A stretch of DNA of 64,000 nt from an uncultured Bacteroides sp. (GCA_949288585.1 CASEKR010000002.1:3204-67203), one strand, 5' to 3'; positions 1 through 10,801 are shown, numbered from the stretch's first letter. Numbers and translations are program-made. The notes: generated by a model from the letters alone, not told the origin.

Positions 1-137
1 CGTTCTTTGACATGTTACGGCAAAACGGCGGCGGCAAGGATAGCAGCAGGGGCAGGCTGCAACTTTTGCGGCAAAGGGTTGGAGTTGTGGAAAAGTTTGC
101 ATAGCTTTGCAGAATTGTAACACCCAAAAACAGCATT

Positions 138-746
138 ATGGACTTTACAGAACTTGCCAACAGCATCTTCGAGCAATCTATCGCAGACTACCACAAGGCC
201 GACGACGTAGATACTCCCATCAATAACCCCTATCCCCTGAAAAGCATCGAGTACTACCTCTACCTGAAGAACTGGATAGACACCGTGCAGTGGCACCTGG
301 AGGACATCATCCGCGCCCCGCAGATAGACCCGGCGGAAGCCCTGCAAATCAAGCGCCGCATCGACAAGTCCAACCAGGACCGCACAGACTTGGTGGAACT
401 GATAGACAGCTATTTCTTAGACAAATACCGCGACGTGGAGGTGGCCAAGGACGCCACCATCAACACCGAAAGCCCCGCCTGGGCCATCGACCGCCTCTCC
501 ATCCTGGCGCTGAAAATCTACCACATGCGGCAGGAGACGGAACGCACGGACACCACGGACGAGCACCGCGCGCAGTGCCAACAGAAACTGGGCATCTTGC
601 TGGAGCAGCAGAAAGACCTGTCGGCCGCCATCGACCAACTGCTGGCTGACATCCGCGCCGGACGCAAGTACATGAAGGTGTACAAGCAGATGAAGATGTA
701 CAACGACCCGGACCTGAACCCCGTGCTTTACGGCCAGAAGAAATGA
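138..746 (+). CDS. DUF4254-family protein
   Basis: 202-aa ORF with WIDTVQWHLEDIIR and ESPAWAIDRLSIL motifs, typically found upstream of GT9 in Bacteroidales; TAGCTTTG promoter element at 102-109. Confidence 0.8.
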   Translation: MDFTELANSIFEQSIADYHKADDVDTPINNPYPLKSIEYYLYLKNWIDTVQWHLEDIIRAPQIDPAEALQIKRRIDKSNQDRTDLVELIDSYFLDKYRDVEVAKDATINTESPAWAIDRLSILALKIYHMRQETERTDTTDEHRAQCQQKLGILLEQQKDLSAAIDQLLADIRAGRKYMKVYKQMKMYNDPDLNPVLYGQKK

Positions 747-1783
747 AGCTGCTGGTCATCCGCTTCTCGGCGTTGGGCGACGTGGCCATGACAGTACCGG
801 TGGTCGACAGCTTAGCACGCGCCAATCCGCAGGCCGACATCACGGTGCTGAGCCGCCCGTTCGTGCAGCCGCTCTTCGCGCGGATGCCCGCCAACGTGCA
901 TTTCGTGGGCGTCGACCTGAAGCAATACAAGGGCATGGGCGGACTGTACCGCCTGTTCCGCCGGTTGGGACGCTACGACGCAGTGGCCGACCTGCACGAC
1001 GTGCTGCGCACGCAGGTGCTCCGCTGCTTCTTCCGCCTGGCAGGCACGCGGACGGCCCACATCGACAAGGGACGCCGCGACCGGAAAGCCTTAGTTCGCC
1101 CCCGGCACAAAATCAGAAAGCAGTTGCCCACCTCGTTCCAACGCTATGCCGACGTGTTCCGCCGCTTAGGATTGCCCGTCGACCCCGCCGGTTTCCGTTC
1201 CATCTACGGCGACGGGAAGGGAGACATCCGCCCGCTCCGGGACTTCACCGGCGACCGCGACGGACAGGCCTGGATAGGCTTCGCACCCTTTGCCGCCCAC
1301 CGGGGAAAGCAACTGCCGGAAGCCACCTCCGCAGCCTTGATACAACGCCTGGCCGGACGGCCGGACACGCGCCTCTTCCTGTTCGGGGGCAAGGCCGACG
1401 CCCCGCTGCTGGAACAATGGACGGCAGGACATCCGCATGAAGTGACCGTAGTGGCCGGACGGCTGACGCTGGAACAAGAACTGGCGCTGATGAGCCACCT
1501 GGACGTCATGGTCTCCATGGACTCTGCCAACATGCACCTGGCCTCGCTGGCCGGCACGCCCGTCGTTTCCGTCTGGGGCGCCACGTACCCCCTGGCCGGG
1601 TTCCTCGGCTGGAAGCAGCGGGCGGAGGACTGCATACAAGCCGACGGCCTGGACTGTCGGCCGTGCTCCATCTTCGGCAACAAACCCTGCCTGCGAAGCG
1701 ACTACGCCTGCCTGGCCTCCCTCACGCCCGACAGCATCGCTGCGAAGATAGAACAGATTCTAACCCAAAAACCGCACCCATGA
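743..1783 (+). CDS. Glycosyltransferase family 9 (heptosyltransferase-like)
   Basis: IRFSALGDVAM N-terminus and DSANMHLA motif; ATGA overlap with the upstream gene. Confidence 0.9.
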   Translation: MKLLVIRFSALGDVAMTVPVVDSLARANPQADITVLSRPFVQPLFARMPANVHFVGVDLKQYKGMGGLYRLFRRLGRYDAVADLHDVLRTQVLRCFFRLAGTRTAHIDKGRRDRKALVRPRHKIRKQLPTSFQRYADVFRRLGLPVDPAGFRSIYGDGKGDIRPLRDFTGDRDGQAWIGFAPFAAHRGKQLPEATSAALIQRLAGRPDTRLFLFGGKADAPLLEQWTAGHPHEVTVVAGRLTLEQELALMSHLDVMVSMDSANMHLASLAGTPVVSVWGATYPLAGFLGWKQRAEDCIQADGLDCRPCSIFGNKPCLRSDYACLASLTPDSIAAKIEQILTQKPHP

Positions 1784-2523
1784 AAGTCATCGTGCATCCC
1801 GATTACGCGGCGTGGAAAGACGAGATAAGCCGCATACCCGAAGAGTTCGACCGTCGGGGCGAGACGCTCTACCAGGGGCGCAACACGGTGAAACGTTTCC
1901 AACAGGGAGGCACACGCTGGGTGGTGAAACGCTACAAACGCCCCAACATAGTCCAACGCATCGCCTACACCTTCTTCGAACCCAGCAAGGCCGAACGCGC
2001 CTACCGCTACGCCCACCTGCTGAAAGAGAAAGGCATCAGCACGCCCGAAGGCATCGCCTACATTGAAGAGAAAAAACACGGCCTGCTGCGCGACAGCTAC
2101 TTCGTCTCCACGGAATGCACAGACCGCCCCATCTTCCCGGAACTGGTCGAGACGCCCGCCTACGACGGGACGCTGACCGACGCGCTGGGCGCCTTCTTCG
2201 TCCGGCTGCACGAGTCGGGCATCCTGCACGGCGACCTCAACCTGAATAACATCCTCTACCGGAGGACGCCGGACGGGCAGTGCCACTTCACCGTCATCGA
2301 CACGAACCGCTCGCACTTCAAAGACAACCCCACGCCCGAGGAGTGCCTGGATAACCTGAAACGAGTGACCCACCGCCGCGACCTGCTGGAAGACATCGTA
2401 GGGAAATATGCCCGGTTGCGCGGATGGGACCGGACGGGAAGCATCCGCTTCGTGCTGGACGCGCTGGAAAGGTTTGAAAAACGAAGGGCCTTGAAACGGC
2501 GGCTGAGAGGAAAGAAACCCTAA
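1780..2523 (+). CDS. Lipopolysaccharide kinase (Kdo/WaaP/InaA family)
   Basis: VVKRYK, HGDLNLNNIL and IDTNR kinase motifs; start placed at the ATGA overlap (1780). Confidence 0.8.
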   Translation: MKVIVHPDYAAWKDEISRIPEEFDRRGETLYQGRNTVKRFQQGGTRWVVKRYKRPNIVQRIAYTFFEPSKAERAYRYAHLLKEKGISTPEGIAYIEEKKHGLLRDSYFVSTECTDRPIFPELVETPAYDGTLTDALGAFFVRLHESGILHGDLNLNNILYRRTPDGQCHFTVIDTNRSHFKDNPTPEECLDNLKRVTHRRDLLEDIVGKYARLRGWDRTGSIRFVLDALERFEKRRALKRRLRGKKP

Positions 2524-2542
2524 CAACAACATACGTATCGAC

Positions 2543-3652
2543 ATGGAAAACAAGAAAGCATACGACTACCTCATTGTAGGCGCCGGACTGTTCGGCGCCA
2601 CCTTCGCCCACGAAGCCACGCGGGCAGGGAAACGCTGCTTAGTAGTGGACAAACGCCCGCACCGGGGCGGCAACGTCTACTGCGAAGACGCGGACGGCAT
2701 CCACGTGCATAAGTATGGCGCGCACATCTTCCACACGGACAACACGGAAGTCTGGCAGTACGTCAACCGCTTGGTCACGTTCAACCGCTACACCAACTCG
2801 CCCGTGGCGCGCTACCGCGACCGGCTCTACAACTTGCCTTTCAACATGAACACCTTCTACCAGTTGTGGGGCGTCACGACTCCCGCCGAGGCGCGGGCCA
2901 AGATAGAGGAACAACGCGCGAAGTATGCCCACATCACCCGGCCGGCCAACCTGGAGGAACAGGCCCTGACGCTGTGCGGGCCCGACATCTACGAACGCCT
3001 CATCAAGGGATATACCGAGAAGCAATGGGGACGCCCGGCCACCGAACTGCCCGCCTTCATCATCCGCCGCCTGCCCTTCCGCTTCACGTTCGACAACAAC
3101 TACTTCAACGACGCCTACCAGGGCATCCCCATCGGAGGCTACAACGTGCTGGTCGACGCCCTGCTCGAAGGCAGCGACGTGCGGCTGGGCACAGATTACT
3201 TTAAAGAAAAGGCCACGCTGGACGAAGCGGCCGCAACCGTCCTCTTCACCGGCTGCATAGATGAGTTTTTCGATTACCGCTTCGGCCACTTGGACTACCG
3301 CAGCCTGCGCTTCGAGGAACGGCGGCTGGAGACGGACAACTTCCAGGGCAACGCCGTGGTGAACTACACGGAGCGCGCCGTGCCCTACACCCGCGTCATC
3401 GAGCACAAGCACTTCGAGTTCGGCAAGCAACCGCACACGGTCGTCACCTACGAATATCCCGACGACTTCGCCCCCGGCAAAGAGCCTTACTACCCGGTGA
3501 ACGACGAGCGCAACAACGCCCTCTACACTCGCTACAAAGCTCTGGCCGACGAGACCGCCCACGTGCTCTTCGGCGGGCGGCTGGCGCAGTACACCTACGC
3601 CGACATGGACGACACCATCGCCGCCGCGCTCAGTTTGTGGAAAAGTTTATAA
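2543..3652 (+). CDS. glf: UDP-galactopyranose mutase
   Basis: GAGLFG FAD motif, HKYGAHIFHT, YTRVIEHKHF and EPYYP. Confidence 0.95.
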   Translation: MENKKAYDYLIVGAGLFGATFAHEATRAGKRCLVVDKRPHRGGNVYCEDADGIHVHKYGAHIFHTDNTEVWQYVNRLVTFNRYTNSPVARYRDRLYNLPFNMNTFYQLWGVTTPAEARAKIEEQRAKYAHITRPANLEEQALTLCGPDIYERLIKGYTEKQWGRPATELPAFIIRRLPFRFTFDNNYFNDAYQGIPIGGYNVLVDALLEGSDVRLGTDYFKEKATLDEAAATVLFTGCIDEFFDYRFGHLDYRSLRFEERRLETDNFQGNAVVNYTERAVPYTRVIEHKHFEFGKQPHTVVTYEYPDDFAPGKEPYYPVNDERNNALYTRYKALADETAHVLFGGRLAQYTYADMDDTIAAALSLWKSL

Positions 3653-3676
3653 ACCTTTGCTGTTTTCGCCCGCCCA

Positions 3677-4384
3677 TCAACGCCGGAAGAGCGCATACCT
3701 CGCCACCCTCCAGATGTGCTTCACGAACAACTCGATGCGGCGGCCCAGCTTGCGATGCCGCCAGCTGCCGTAGATGGTGTGCAGGGCAATGGCGTCGGGG
3801 TGCACCACAACACGGCTGTTGCAGGGCGTGACGTAGTAACCGGGATAAATCACCACATTGTCCGCCAAGTGCTGCTCTACGTCCTCGGGCACATAGCCAC
3901 GGGCGCGGGCCATGTCCAGCATCACCACCGGCGAGATGGTCATGTCGAACGAGCCGTCCGGCTTCACGAAGGGGCGATTGTTGTAGTAGTCGAACACATC
4001 TTTGCAGTAAGCATTGCCCGGCTCGCCCATGAAGAAGGCGGCCTGCAACTGCATCCGGTCGCCGATGTGCTCGTGGAAAGTGGCAAAGCCCCGGTCGGGA
4101 ACGAAACGGTCGAAACGCCTATGCACCAGGATGTCGCTGTCCATGTAAATGCCCCCTTCCTTATAGACGGCATAGAAGCGGACGACGTCGGCCGCGAAAG
4201 CCCATTTCTTGGCAGCCAGGGCTTCGTCGATGAAGCGGCAGCCGATGGCTTTGGCGTCGGCATACGTCCAACGGCGCACTTCGTAGTCAGGCAACACACG
4301 CTTCCAACTATCCAGGCAGACTTTTATCTCCACAGGGAAAGGGTCGTTGCTGAACCAGCACAAATGGATAATCTTTGGTATCAT
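3677..4384 (-). CDS. Glycosyltransferase, DXD-type (GT32-like)
   Basis: MIPKIIHLCW start, WAFAADVVR and GGIYMDSD. Confidence 0.85.
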   Translation of the reverse strand: MIPKIIHLCWFSNDPFPVEIKVCLDSWKRVLPDYEVRRWTYADAKAIGCRFIDEALAAKKWAFAADVVRFYAVYKEGGIYMDSDILVHRRFDRFVPDRGFATFHEHIGDRMQLQAAFFMGEPGNAYCKDVFDYYNNRPFVKPDGSFDMTISPVVMLDMARARGYVPEDVEQHLADNVVIYPGYYVTPCNSRVVVHPDAIALHTIYGSWRHRKLGRRIELFVKHIWRVARYALFRR

Positions 4385-4416
4385 AAAGAGAAAGTGTTTG
4401 TTAATTGGTAAGTCCG

Positions 4417-5337
4417 TCAGCGTATCCGGCGATAACCGTTCACCCAGTCCAACCAGCCAGACAAGCGGCGGTTGAAACGCCAACAACGTTCTTTGAATGT
4501 ATCTTTCGGCCTCATGCCGCTCCACTCCGTCCGGTCCTGGTAATCGAAATACAGTTTCCGAAGCGGATGTAGGCAACGGGTACCCCAAGGTTTCCTGCGG
4601 GAAGAGAAATGGATGACAACCCGATGCTCCGGAGACAGTTCCTGTTCTACCAAAGCCTCATCCTCGGGCTGTAGATAACGATGGGTATGAAACAAGCAAT
4701 CGTGCAGATTATAGCGCAACGGAAGCGGTAGGATTTGCCCGTGCAACGTTCCGTTCAGTACATCCTGGTCATGGTAAGGAAGTTGGTCTGCATGTACGGC
4801 AAGGAAGTCCAAGGCTTTCTGTAAGACATTGTTTTTACGCCAATAGTCCAAGTTCAACAACATCACTCCCGAATTGAAATAGCCTTCTCGTTGAAAATCG
4901 ACACCCAAACGACGACAATCTTCCTCTATTCTGCGATGCGCATCTTTCACCGCAGCCATCGCCTTCCCACCAAGAGAATAATCCCACAAATCTTTCAGCG
5001 AACCAACCACCACCAAGTCGCCATCCAAATAGAGGGCTTTATGGATATTTGTCGGCAATATGTCTGCGATGAACAACTTGACATAAGCCGTCAACGACAC
5101 ATAAGAGCAGGTTTCAGGAAACGCATCCAGCAGTTTCCCGTCCAACGGATAAAAAACAGTTTGTTGCCCGTATTTCTTCTCGACAATGCGCCGCAAAGCA
5201 TCATGCCCCTCATTTGTCAGTTCGTTGCCGATGATGTGCACCGTCACGCCGGTGCTCCGGTTGTTCTCCAACAGCGAAGTGAGCATTACCCCGCAATAGG
5301 GCACATAGTTCATGTCCGTGCAGCAAACGATATCCAT
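4417..5337 (-). CDS. Glycosyltransferase family 8
   Basis: LYLDGD, YFNSGVMLLNL, DQDVLN and IHF..KPW motifs. Confidence 0.9.
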   Translation of the reverse strand: MDIVCCTDMNYVPYCGVMLTSLLENNRSTGVTVHIIGNELTNEGHDALRRIVEKKYGQQTVFYPLDGKLLDAFPETCSYVSLTAYVKLFIADILPTNIHKALYLDGDLVVVGSLKDLWDYSLGGKAMAAVKDAHRRIEEDCRRLGVDFQREGYFNSGVMLLNLDYWRKNNVLQKALDFLAVHADQLPYHDQDVLNGTLHGQILPLPLRYNLHDCLFHTHRYLQPEDEALVEQELSPEHRVVIHFSSRRKPWGTRCLHPLRKLYFDYQDRTEWSGMRPKDTFKERCWRFNRRLSGWLDWVNGYRRIR

Positions 5338-5353
5338 AGTTTTCCCTCCTTTG

Positions 5354-6415
5354 TTATTTTCCAGACGGTTGGTCAAAAGGTGTCTCGTAGCCCAACACTT
5401 CGCACGCCTTCCCGACAGCCGTACGGCAGAAGTGCCCGCTGGCCACCCGGCGAGCCATCGCCTCCACATTACGCTTCATCTCGTCATACTCCTCGCGGCT
5501 AAGGGCTGCCAACGCCTCATCCAACTTTTCCAACGACGAAAGACAAAGGCCAATGTGGTGCGTGCGGACGAAATCGGCCAAGCCAGCCTCCGCCCATATC
5601 ACCACCGGCAGGCCGCAACGGATGTAAAGCGACAACTTATGCGGCGAGTTATAACGCAGGTAATCGCCAATCTCGCCTCCCTGGCAACCATCCAACGAAT
5701 TGCCATACCAGACGATGCCGAAATCGGCATCGGCCGTGCGGATAAGCTGGTCGGACTGAATGAAGCCCCGGTAATCCACCTGCCCATGCGCCTGCTCCGG
5801 TTCGTAAGCATTGCCATAGAGTTGAAGTTCGTATACATGCGGACGGTTTATCAGCCCATAGACGAAACCATCGTTACGGCTATCCAACCTTCCCACAAAC
5901 ATCAACCGCCGGGCTGCGCCTTCCGTGCCCGTATTCACAACTTCCGGCTTGCTTTCAGACAAATAGTCGAAGATGCCCAACACGACCATTTCACGCTTCA
6001 AGCCTTGAGCCAGCAGCCAGGCCTTCATGGCTTCGGTATGCACGATGACGACATCCGAGAGGCTCAGACGGGCCACCTCCTGTTCCGGCGTCAGTTTCTT
6101 ACGCCGGAAACTGCCAAGGTCGTGTATCAACGTGACGACACGGCAACCACGCAGCCGCGCCATGCGGCAGACAAAGGCGTAGTATTTCTTAAAAGGATAT
6201 TGCAACAGCAACACATCGCCCCGCCGGAGCATACAGACTCCTTTCAGCACACTGGCCAAGGTATAAAAGTAACCGCGCAAGACGTTACGGTCACGGCTTT
6301 GCCGCAACCCGATGTTGCAGAAGCCCGCTTCCGACAAAACACGCTCAATGTCTGTCTTGGCTTTGTTGCCTGCCCCGTCGATGCCACGGTAGTTCTTTGA
6401 CAAATAACAAAACAT
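5354..6415 (-). CDS. Putative beta-1,6-galactofuranosyltransferase (WbbI-like)
   Basis: AGNKAKTD, LQYP, LIHDL and YLRYNSPHKLSLY motifs; glf nearby. Confidence 0.75.
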   Translation of the reverse strand: MFCYLSKNYRGIDGAGNKAKTDIERVLSEAGFCNIGLRQSRDRNVLRGYFYTLASVLKGVCMLRRGDVLLLQYPFKKYYAFVCRMARLRGCRVVTLIHDLGSFRRKKLTPEQEVARLSLSDVVIVHTEAMKAWLLAQGLKREMVVLGIFDYLSESKPEVVNTGTEGAARRLMFVGRLDSRNDGFVYGLINRPHVYELQLYGNAYEPEQAHGQVDYRGFIQSDQLIRTADADFGIVWYGNSLDGCQGGEIGDYLRYNSPHKLSLYIRCGLPVVIWAEAGLADFVRTHHIGLCLSSLEKLDEALAALSREEYDEMKRNVEAMARRVASGHFCRTAVGKACEVLGYETPFDQPSGK

Positions 6416-6586
6416 ATCGTTCAGAAATAAAGAGCCGCCCCACTTGCGGGAGGCTTTCTTCCGCAAATATGGCAATAATCTACGAGAAAAAAAATATGCA
6501 GGCCGGAAAATAAGGATAAAATGCTTACATTTGCAGCCAACTAAACGTGGCCAACACCGAACTGCCCATCTAACCAACGAAACGAC

Positions 6587-7717
6587 ATGAGAATAGGATT
6601 CGACGCTAAAAGAGCCGTACAGAACCACACAGGTTTAGGCAATTACAGCCGCTTCATCATCGACATCATGAGCCGCTTTTACCCGGACAACGAGTATTTG
6701 CTCTATGCGCCCAAGCCAAAAGAGAATCAGGAACTGAACATCTTGCTGCAACGCCCCGACGTCTCTATCCAGTACCCCTCGTCTTTCCCCTGGAAACAAT
6801 GCGGTTCCCTATGGCGTACCTGGGGCATGAGCAACCGCTTCCAAGCCGACGGGCTCGACATCTTCCACGGCCTCAGCAACGAACTCCCGCTGAACATCCG
6901 CCAAAGCGGTGTGCGGAGCATCGTCACCATGCACGACCTTATCTTCCTGCGTTATCCACAGTTCTATGCAACGATAGACCGCCGCATCTATGCCTACAAA
7001 TACCGGAAAGCCTGCGAGAACTGCGACCGTGTCATCGCCATCAGCGAAACAACCAAGAAAGACCTAATGAATTTCTGGGGAATAGAAGAGAAAAAAATCA
7101 GCGTGGTCTACCAAGGTTGCGACCCGCTGTTCAAACAGCCCGCCTCCCAAGAGCTAAAAAAAGAAATCCGGCAAAAATATCATTTGCCGGATTCATACAT
7201 CCTCTACGTGGGCAGCATCGAAGAACGTAAAAACCTGCTGCTCGTGGTACAGGCCTTACGCCACCTGCCGGACGACGTGCGGTTGGTTGCCATCGGACGG
7301 CATACGCCCTACACGGAAAAGGTAAAAGACTACTTGCACACGTACCACCTGGAGAAACGCGTGCAGTTGCTGCACGGCATCCCCCTGCATGAACTCCCTG
7401 CTTTCTACCAGTGCGCCTCACTCTTTGCCTACCCTTCGCGCTTCGAAGGATTCGGCATCCCTATCATCGAAGCCATCCATTCAGGCGTTCCGGTCATAGC
7501 CGCCACAGGTTCTTGCCTGGAGGAAGCCGGGGGGCCTGCATCCATCTATGTACATCCGGACGATGCAGAAGGGATGGCCGCCCAAATAGCTTTCGTCCTC
7601 TCCCATCCCTCCGAGGCGGAAAAAATGAGAACCAGAAGCTTAGAATACGTCCAACAGTTTACGGACCAAAACATTGCCGCCAACATCCTGCAGGTTTACC
7701 GGCAAGTAATGGGATGA
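6587..7717 (+). CDS. Glycosyltransferase family 4
   Basis: YVGSIEERKN and PSRFEGFGIPIIEA. Confidence 0.9.
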   Translation: MRIGFDAKRAVQNHTGLGNYSRFIIDIMSRFYPDNEYLLYAPKPKENQELNILLQRPDVSIQYPSSFPWKQCGSLWRTWGMSNRFQADGLDIFHGLSNELPLNIRQSGVRSIVTMHDLIFLRYPQFYATIDRRIYAYKYRKACENCDRVIAISETTKKDLMNFWGIEEKKISVVYQGCDPLFKQPASQELKKEIRQKYHLPDSYILYVGSIEERKNLLLVVQALRHLPDDVRLVAIGRHTPYTEKVKDYLHTYHLEKRVQLLHGIPLHELPAFYQCASLFAYPSRFEGFGIPIIEAIHSGVPVIAATGSCLEEAGGPASIYVHPDDAEGMAAQIAFVLSHPSEAEKMRTRSLEYVQQFTDQNIAANILQVYRQVMG

Positions 7718-7722
7718 CCTCC

Positions 7723-8505
7723 TCAGCCAAGAAGGGCTTTCTTCCATTTGCAGAACCATTTATATACTTTCTCCTGGGCAGAATCATGCCAGCTATGGGC
7801 ACATAAATGAATGGCATACGAAGCGGGCGTCACTTCATGCTTATTCCCCGCAAAGATTTCTGAACGGAAAATGTGTACATTCCCTGCCAACGGCTGATCC
7901 ATATCTTTGTAAAGAAAGCCATACTTCTCAGCCACCCTCGCATAGATTTGCGGGGCCAGCAAAGTCGTTTCCAAACTGCCATCTTTGTTGACAAAGTGCC
8001 GGCCCTTATACCACTCCAACACATCGCGCACGAAAGGACAACCCGCTTGTGCCCCCATCACGGCAGCCTGAATCTGCATGCCCGACACATATTCATTGCC
8101 TATGCGGCTTCCGTCGGACGCTATCAGGCGAGCAGTGTCAGTCTTTACCAACTGCGTGGGATGGTGTTCCACTGACGAAAAGAACATATAAGGCAAGAAA
8201 TCATCAAAACGTTTCAACACCTTCACGTCCGAATCCAAATAAATGCCCCCTTCGGTATAGAGAGCATACATGCGGATGTAATCAGCGGCAAACGCCCACT
8301 TGCGCCGCTCATAAGCTTCTTTGACATAAGGCACGGAGGCCACATCAAAGTTCTCCGTTGTCCACAACTTCAGCTGATAATCGGGCATGACACGTTTCCA
8401 CGTATCCATGCAACGGCGTATCTTCAACGGATAAGGTTCGCCGCTCAACCAACAAAAATGTATCACTTTCGGAATCTGCGAATTTGTTGCATCCATCATG
8501 TTCAT
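7723..8505 (-). CDS. Glycosyltransferase, DXD-type (GT32-like)
   Basis: IPKVIHFCW, WAFAADYIR and GGIYLDSD; start could also be 8499 or 8496. Confidence 0.85.
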   Translation of the reverse strand: MNMMDATNSQIPKVIHFCWLSGEPYPLKIRRCMDTWKRVMPDYQLKLWTTENFDVASVPYVKEAYERRKWAFAADYIRMYALYTEGGIYLDSDVKVLKRFDDFLPYMFFSSVEHHPTQLVKTDTARLIASDGSRIGNEYVSGMQIQAAVMGAQAGCPFVRDVLEWYKGRHFVNKDGSLETTLLAPQIYARVAEKYGFLYKDMDQPLAGNVHIFRSEIFAGNKHEVTPASYAIHLCAHSWHDSAQEKVYKWFCKWKKALLG

Positions 8506-8686
8506 GCTTTTAGATATATATTTCCCGGCAACAGGCCTGTTTTTTACTTTAATCAAATGTGAAGACAAAGTTAGGCCAAAAACTGCAAAAAAGAAAAGAC
8601 ATACAGAAAATTTCCGCCCAAGAAAGCGTATCTTTGCAACCGGGCTTCCCCCACTTCGGACTAACAAATGTAAAAACGAACCGGAT

Positions 8687-9582
8687 ATGAGATACTTGAA
8701 CCCCAAAGCCGACCTCACCTTCAAGAAGGTGTTCGGCGAGCATCCCGACTTGGTCATCAGTTTCCTGAACGCGTTGTTGCCCTTCAAGAACAGCGACGAG
8801 GAAATTACGTGGGTGGAATACCTCAACCCCGAACTGGTGCCGGTAAACCCCTTGCGGAAAGACAGCGTCGTCGATGTTCGCTGCCGCGACAGGCTCGGGC
8901 GGCAATTCATCGTGGAAATGCAGATGATGTGGACTTCGGCCTACAAACAGCGCGTGCTGTTCAACGCCTCCAAAGCCTACGTCAGCCAATTAGACAAAGG
9001 AGGCGACTACGAACTGCTCCAGCCGGTCTATTCGCTCAACCTGGTGAACGACACCTTCTCCCCCAATCAGGCATATTACCATGATTACCAAATTGTGGAA
9101 ACCGCCGACACACACGAAGTGATTGAAGGATTGCGTTTCATTTTCATCGAACTGCCCAAGTTCACTCCCAAGAACTACGGCGACAAAAAGATGCAGGTGC
9201 TTTGGCTACGCTACCTGACGGAAATCGGCGAACAGACACGCGAAGTGCCCCACGAACTGCTGGCCAACCCGGAAATCAATAAAGCCGTCACCCAACTGGA
9301 GGAATCCGCCTTCACCGAAGCCCAATTGCTCGGCTACGAAAAGTTCTGGGACATCATCAGTACGGCCAAGATGCACCTGAGCAGTTCACGCCGTGAGGGA
9401 TTGGAACAGGGACGGAAACAAGGCTTGGAAGAAGGGCGGAAAGAAGGGAAATCAGCGCTTATCAGAAAGGACGAAAAGAAGAACGCCTCAGAAGCGCTCG
9501 CACCATGAAGGCCAAAGGCTACTCCACGGAAGACATTGCCGAAATCACCGGCCTTGCCCCGGAAGAAATCGCCCCGCTCTGA
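8687..9582 (+). pseudogene. Rpn-family PD-(D/E)XK nuclease with a frameshift near the 3' end
   Basis: NPKADLTFKKVFG, DVRC..FIVEMQ and FIELPKF; the main frame stops at 9508, while the typical tail (GRKEERLRSARTMKAKGYSTEDIAEITGL) lies in the -1 frame and ends at 9582. Confidence 0.8.
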
Positions 9583-9677
9583 GGCGGTTCCCACAAAAAG
9601 AGGCTATTGGCAAGCCATTTTCCGCCAAGAAAACGTATCTTTGCAGCCCGAAAACTGAAAGGAGACAAGAATAATAT

Positions 9678-10721
9678 ATGAGAATCATTGTCGATAACAA
9701 AATCCCCTTCATTCGCGAAGCTGTGGAAAGCATTGCCGATGAAGTGGTCTACGCCCCCGGCAACGAATTTACGCCGGAACTGGTCAAAGATGCCGACGCA
9801 CTGATTATACGCACACGCACACGCTGCGACCGCCACCTGCTGGAAGGCAGCAAAGTACGCTTCATCGCCACGGCCACCATCGGTTTCGACCACATAGACA
9901 CCGAATATTGCCGCCGGGCCGGCATCGAATGGGCCAACGCACCGGGATGCAATGCTGCCTCCGTAGGCCAATACATACACTCCGTCCTCCTGCTCCTGCA
10001 ACTGAAACGCGACAAGCCTCTAGCTGGACTTACCATGGGCATTGTAGGTGTAGGGCATGTGGGCAGCATCGTAGCCGAAGTAGCCAGCGACATGGGCCTG
10101 CGAGTCCTGCTCAACGACCCTCCGCGTGAAGAAGCTGAGGGCAGCGGACGATTCTGTTCCCTGCATACGATAGCACAGGAATGCGACTTCATCAGTTTCC
10201 ACACTCCGTTGGTACGCGAAGGCAAATACCCCACATTCCACTTAGCCGATACAGATTTCTTTGCCTCGCTGCAACGTAAGCCTGTATTTATTAACACCTC
10301 ACGTGGAGAGGTGACCGATACGAAAGCCCTGCTCGAAGCCTTGGACAACGGCCAAATCTCCGATGCTGTCATTGATGTCTGGGAACAGGAACCGGACATC
10401 AACCGTACCCTCCTGCAAAAGGCCTTCATCGGCACCCCGCACATCGCCGGCTACTCAGCCGACGGCAAAGCCAACGCCACCCGTATGGCGTTGACCGCCC
10501 TCTGCCGCTTCTTCGGCATCAAGCCCGACTTCCACATCGTGCCGCCCAAGCCTGCCAACCTTGTCATCACGGCCTCCAACGAGACAGAAGCCTACCTGCA
10601 AATCTATGACCCCCGCCGCGACAGCAATGCGTTGAAGGAGCATCCCGAACGTTTCGAGCAACTGCGGGGCGACTATCCCCTGCGCAGAGAACGGCAGGCC
10701 TACCTCTTCAAGCAAGGATAA
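9678..10721 (+). CDS. pdxB: Erythronate-4-phosphate dehydrogenase
   Basis: ATATIGFDHID, NAPGCNA, GVGHVG and TPHIAGYSADGK. Confidence 0.93.
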   Translation: MRIIVDNKIPFIREAVESIADEVVYAPGNEFTPELVKDADALIIRTRTRCDRHLLEGSKVRFIATATIGFDHIDTEYCRRAGIEWANAPGCNAASVGQYIHSVLLLLQLKRDKPLAGLTMGIVGVGHVGSIVAEVASDMGLRVLLNDPPREEAEGSGRFCSLHTIAQECDFISFHTPLVREGKYPTFHLADTDFFASLQRKPVFINTSRGEVTDTKALLEALDNGQISDAVIDVWEQEPDINRTLLQKAFIGTPHIAGYSADGKANATRMALTALCRFFGIKPDFHIVPPKPANLVITASNETEAYLQIYDPRRDSNALKEHPERFEQLRGDYPLRRERQAYLFKQG

Positions 10722-10801
10722 AAAAACCATTCTTTTTCCTCAGCCGACCTTTACTGTTGTCACAGAAACCTGTTGCGAAGAAGTAATAAAGAAAGAAATA
10801 C

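Noticed and set aside
1-13. Possible start of a divergent minus-strand gene (MSKN...)
   Set aside because: Only four codons fall inside the window, so it cannot be supported.
6430-6460. Hairpin just upstream of the galactofuranosyltransferase as an attenuator or invertible promoter
   Set aside because: The stem is imperfect, and I saw no flanking inverted repeats or recombinase.
9393-9674. 93-aa ORF overlapping the Rpn 3' end
   Set aside because: It is a third-frame reading with no family features; the real tail is in the frame ending at 9582.
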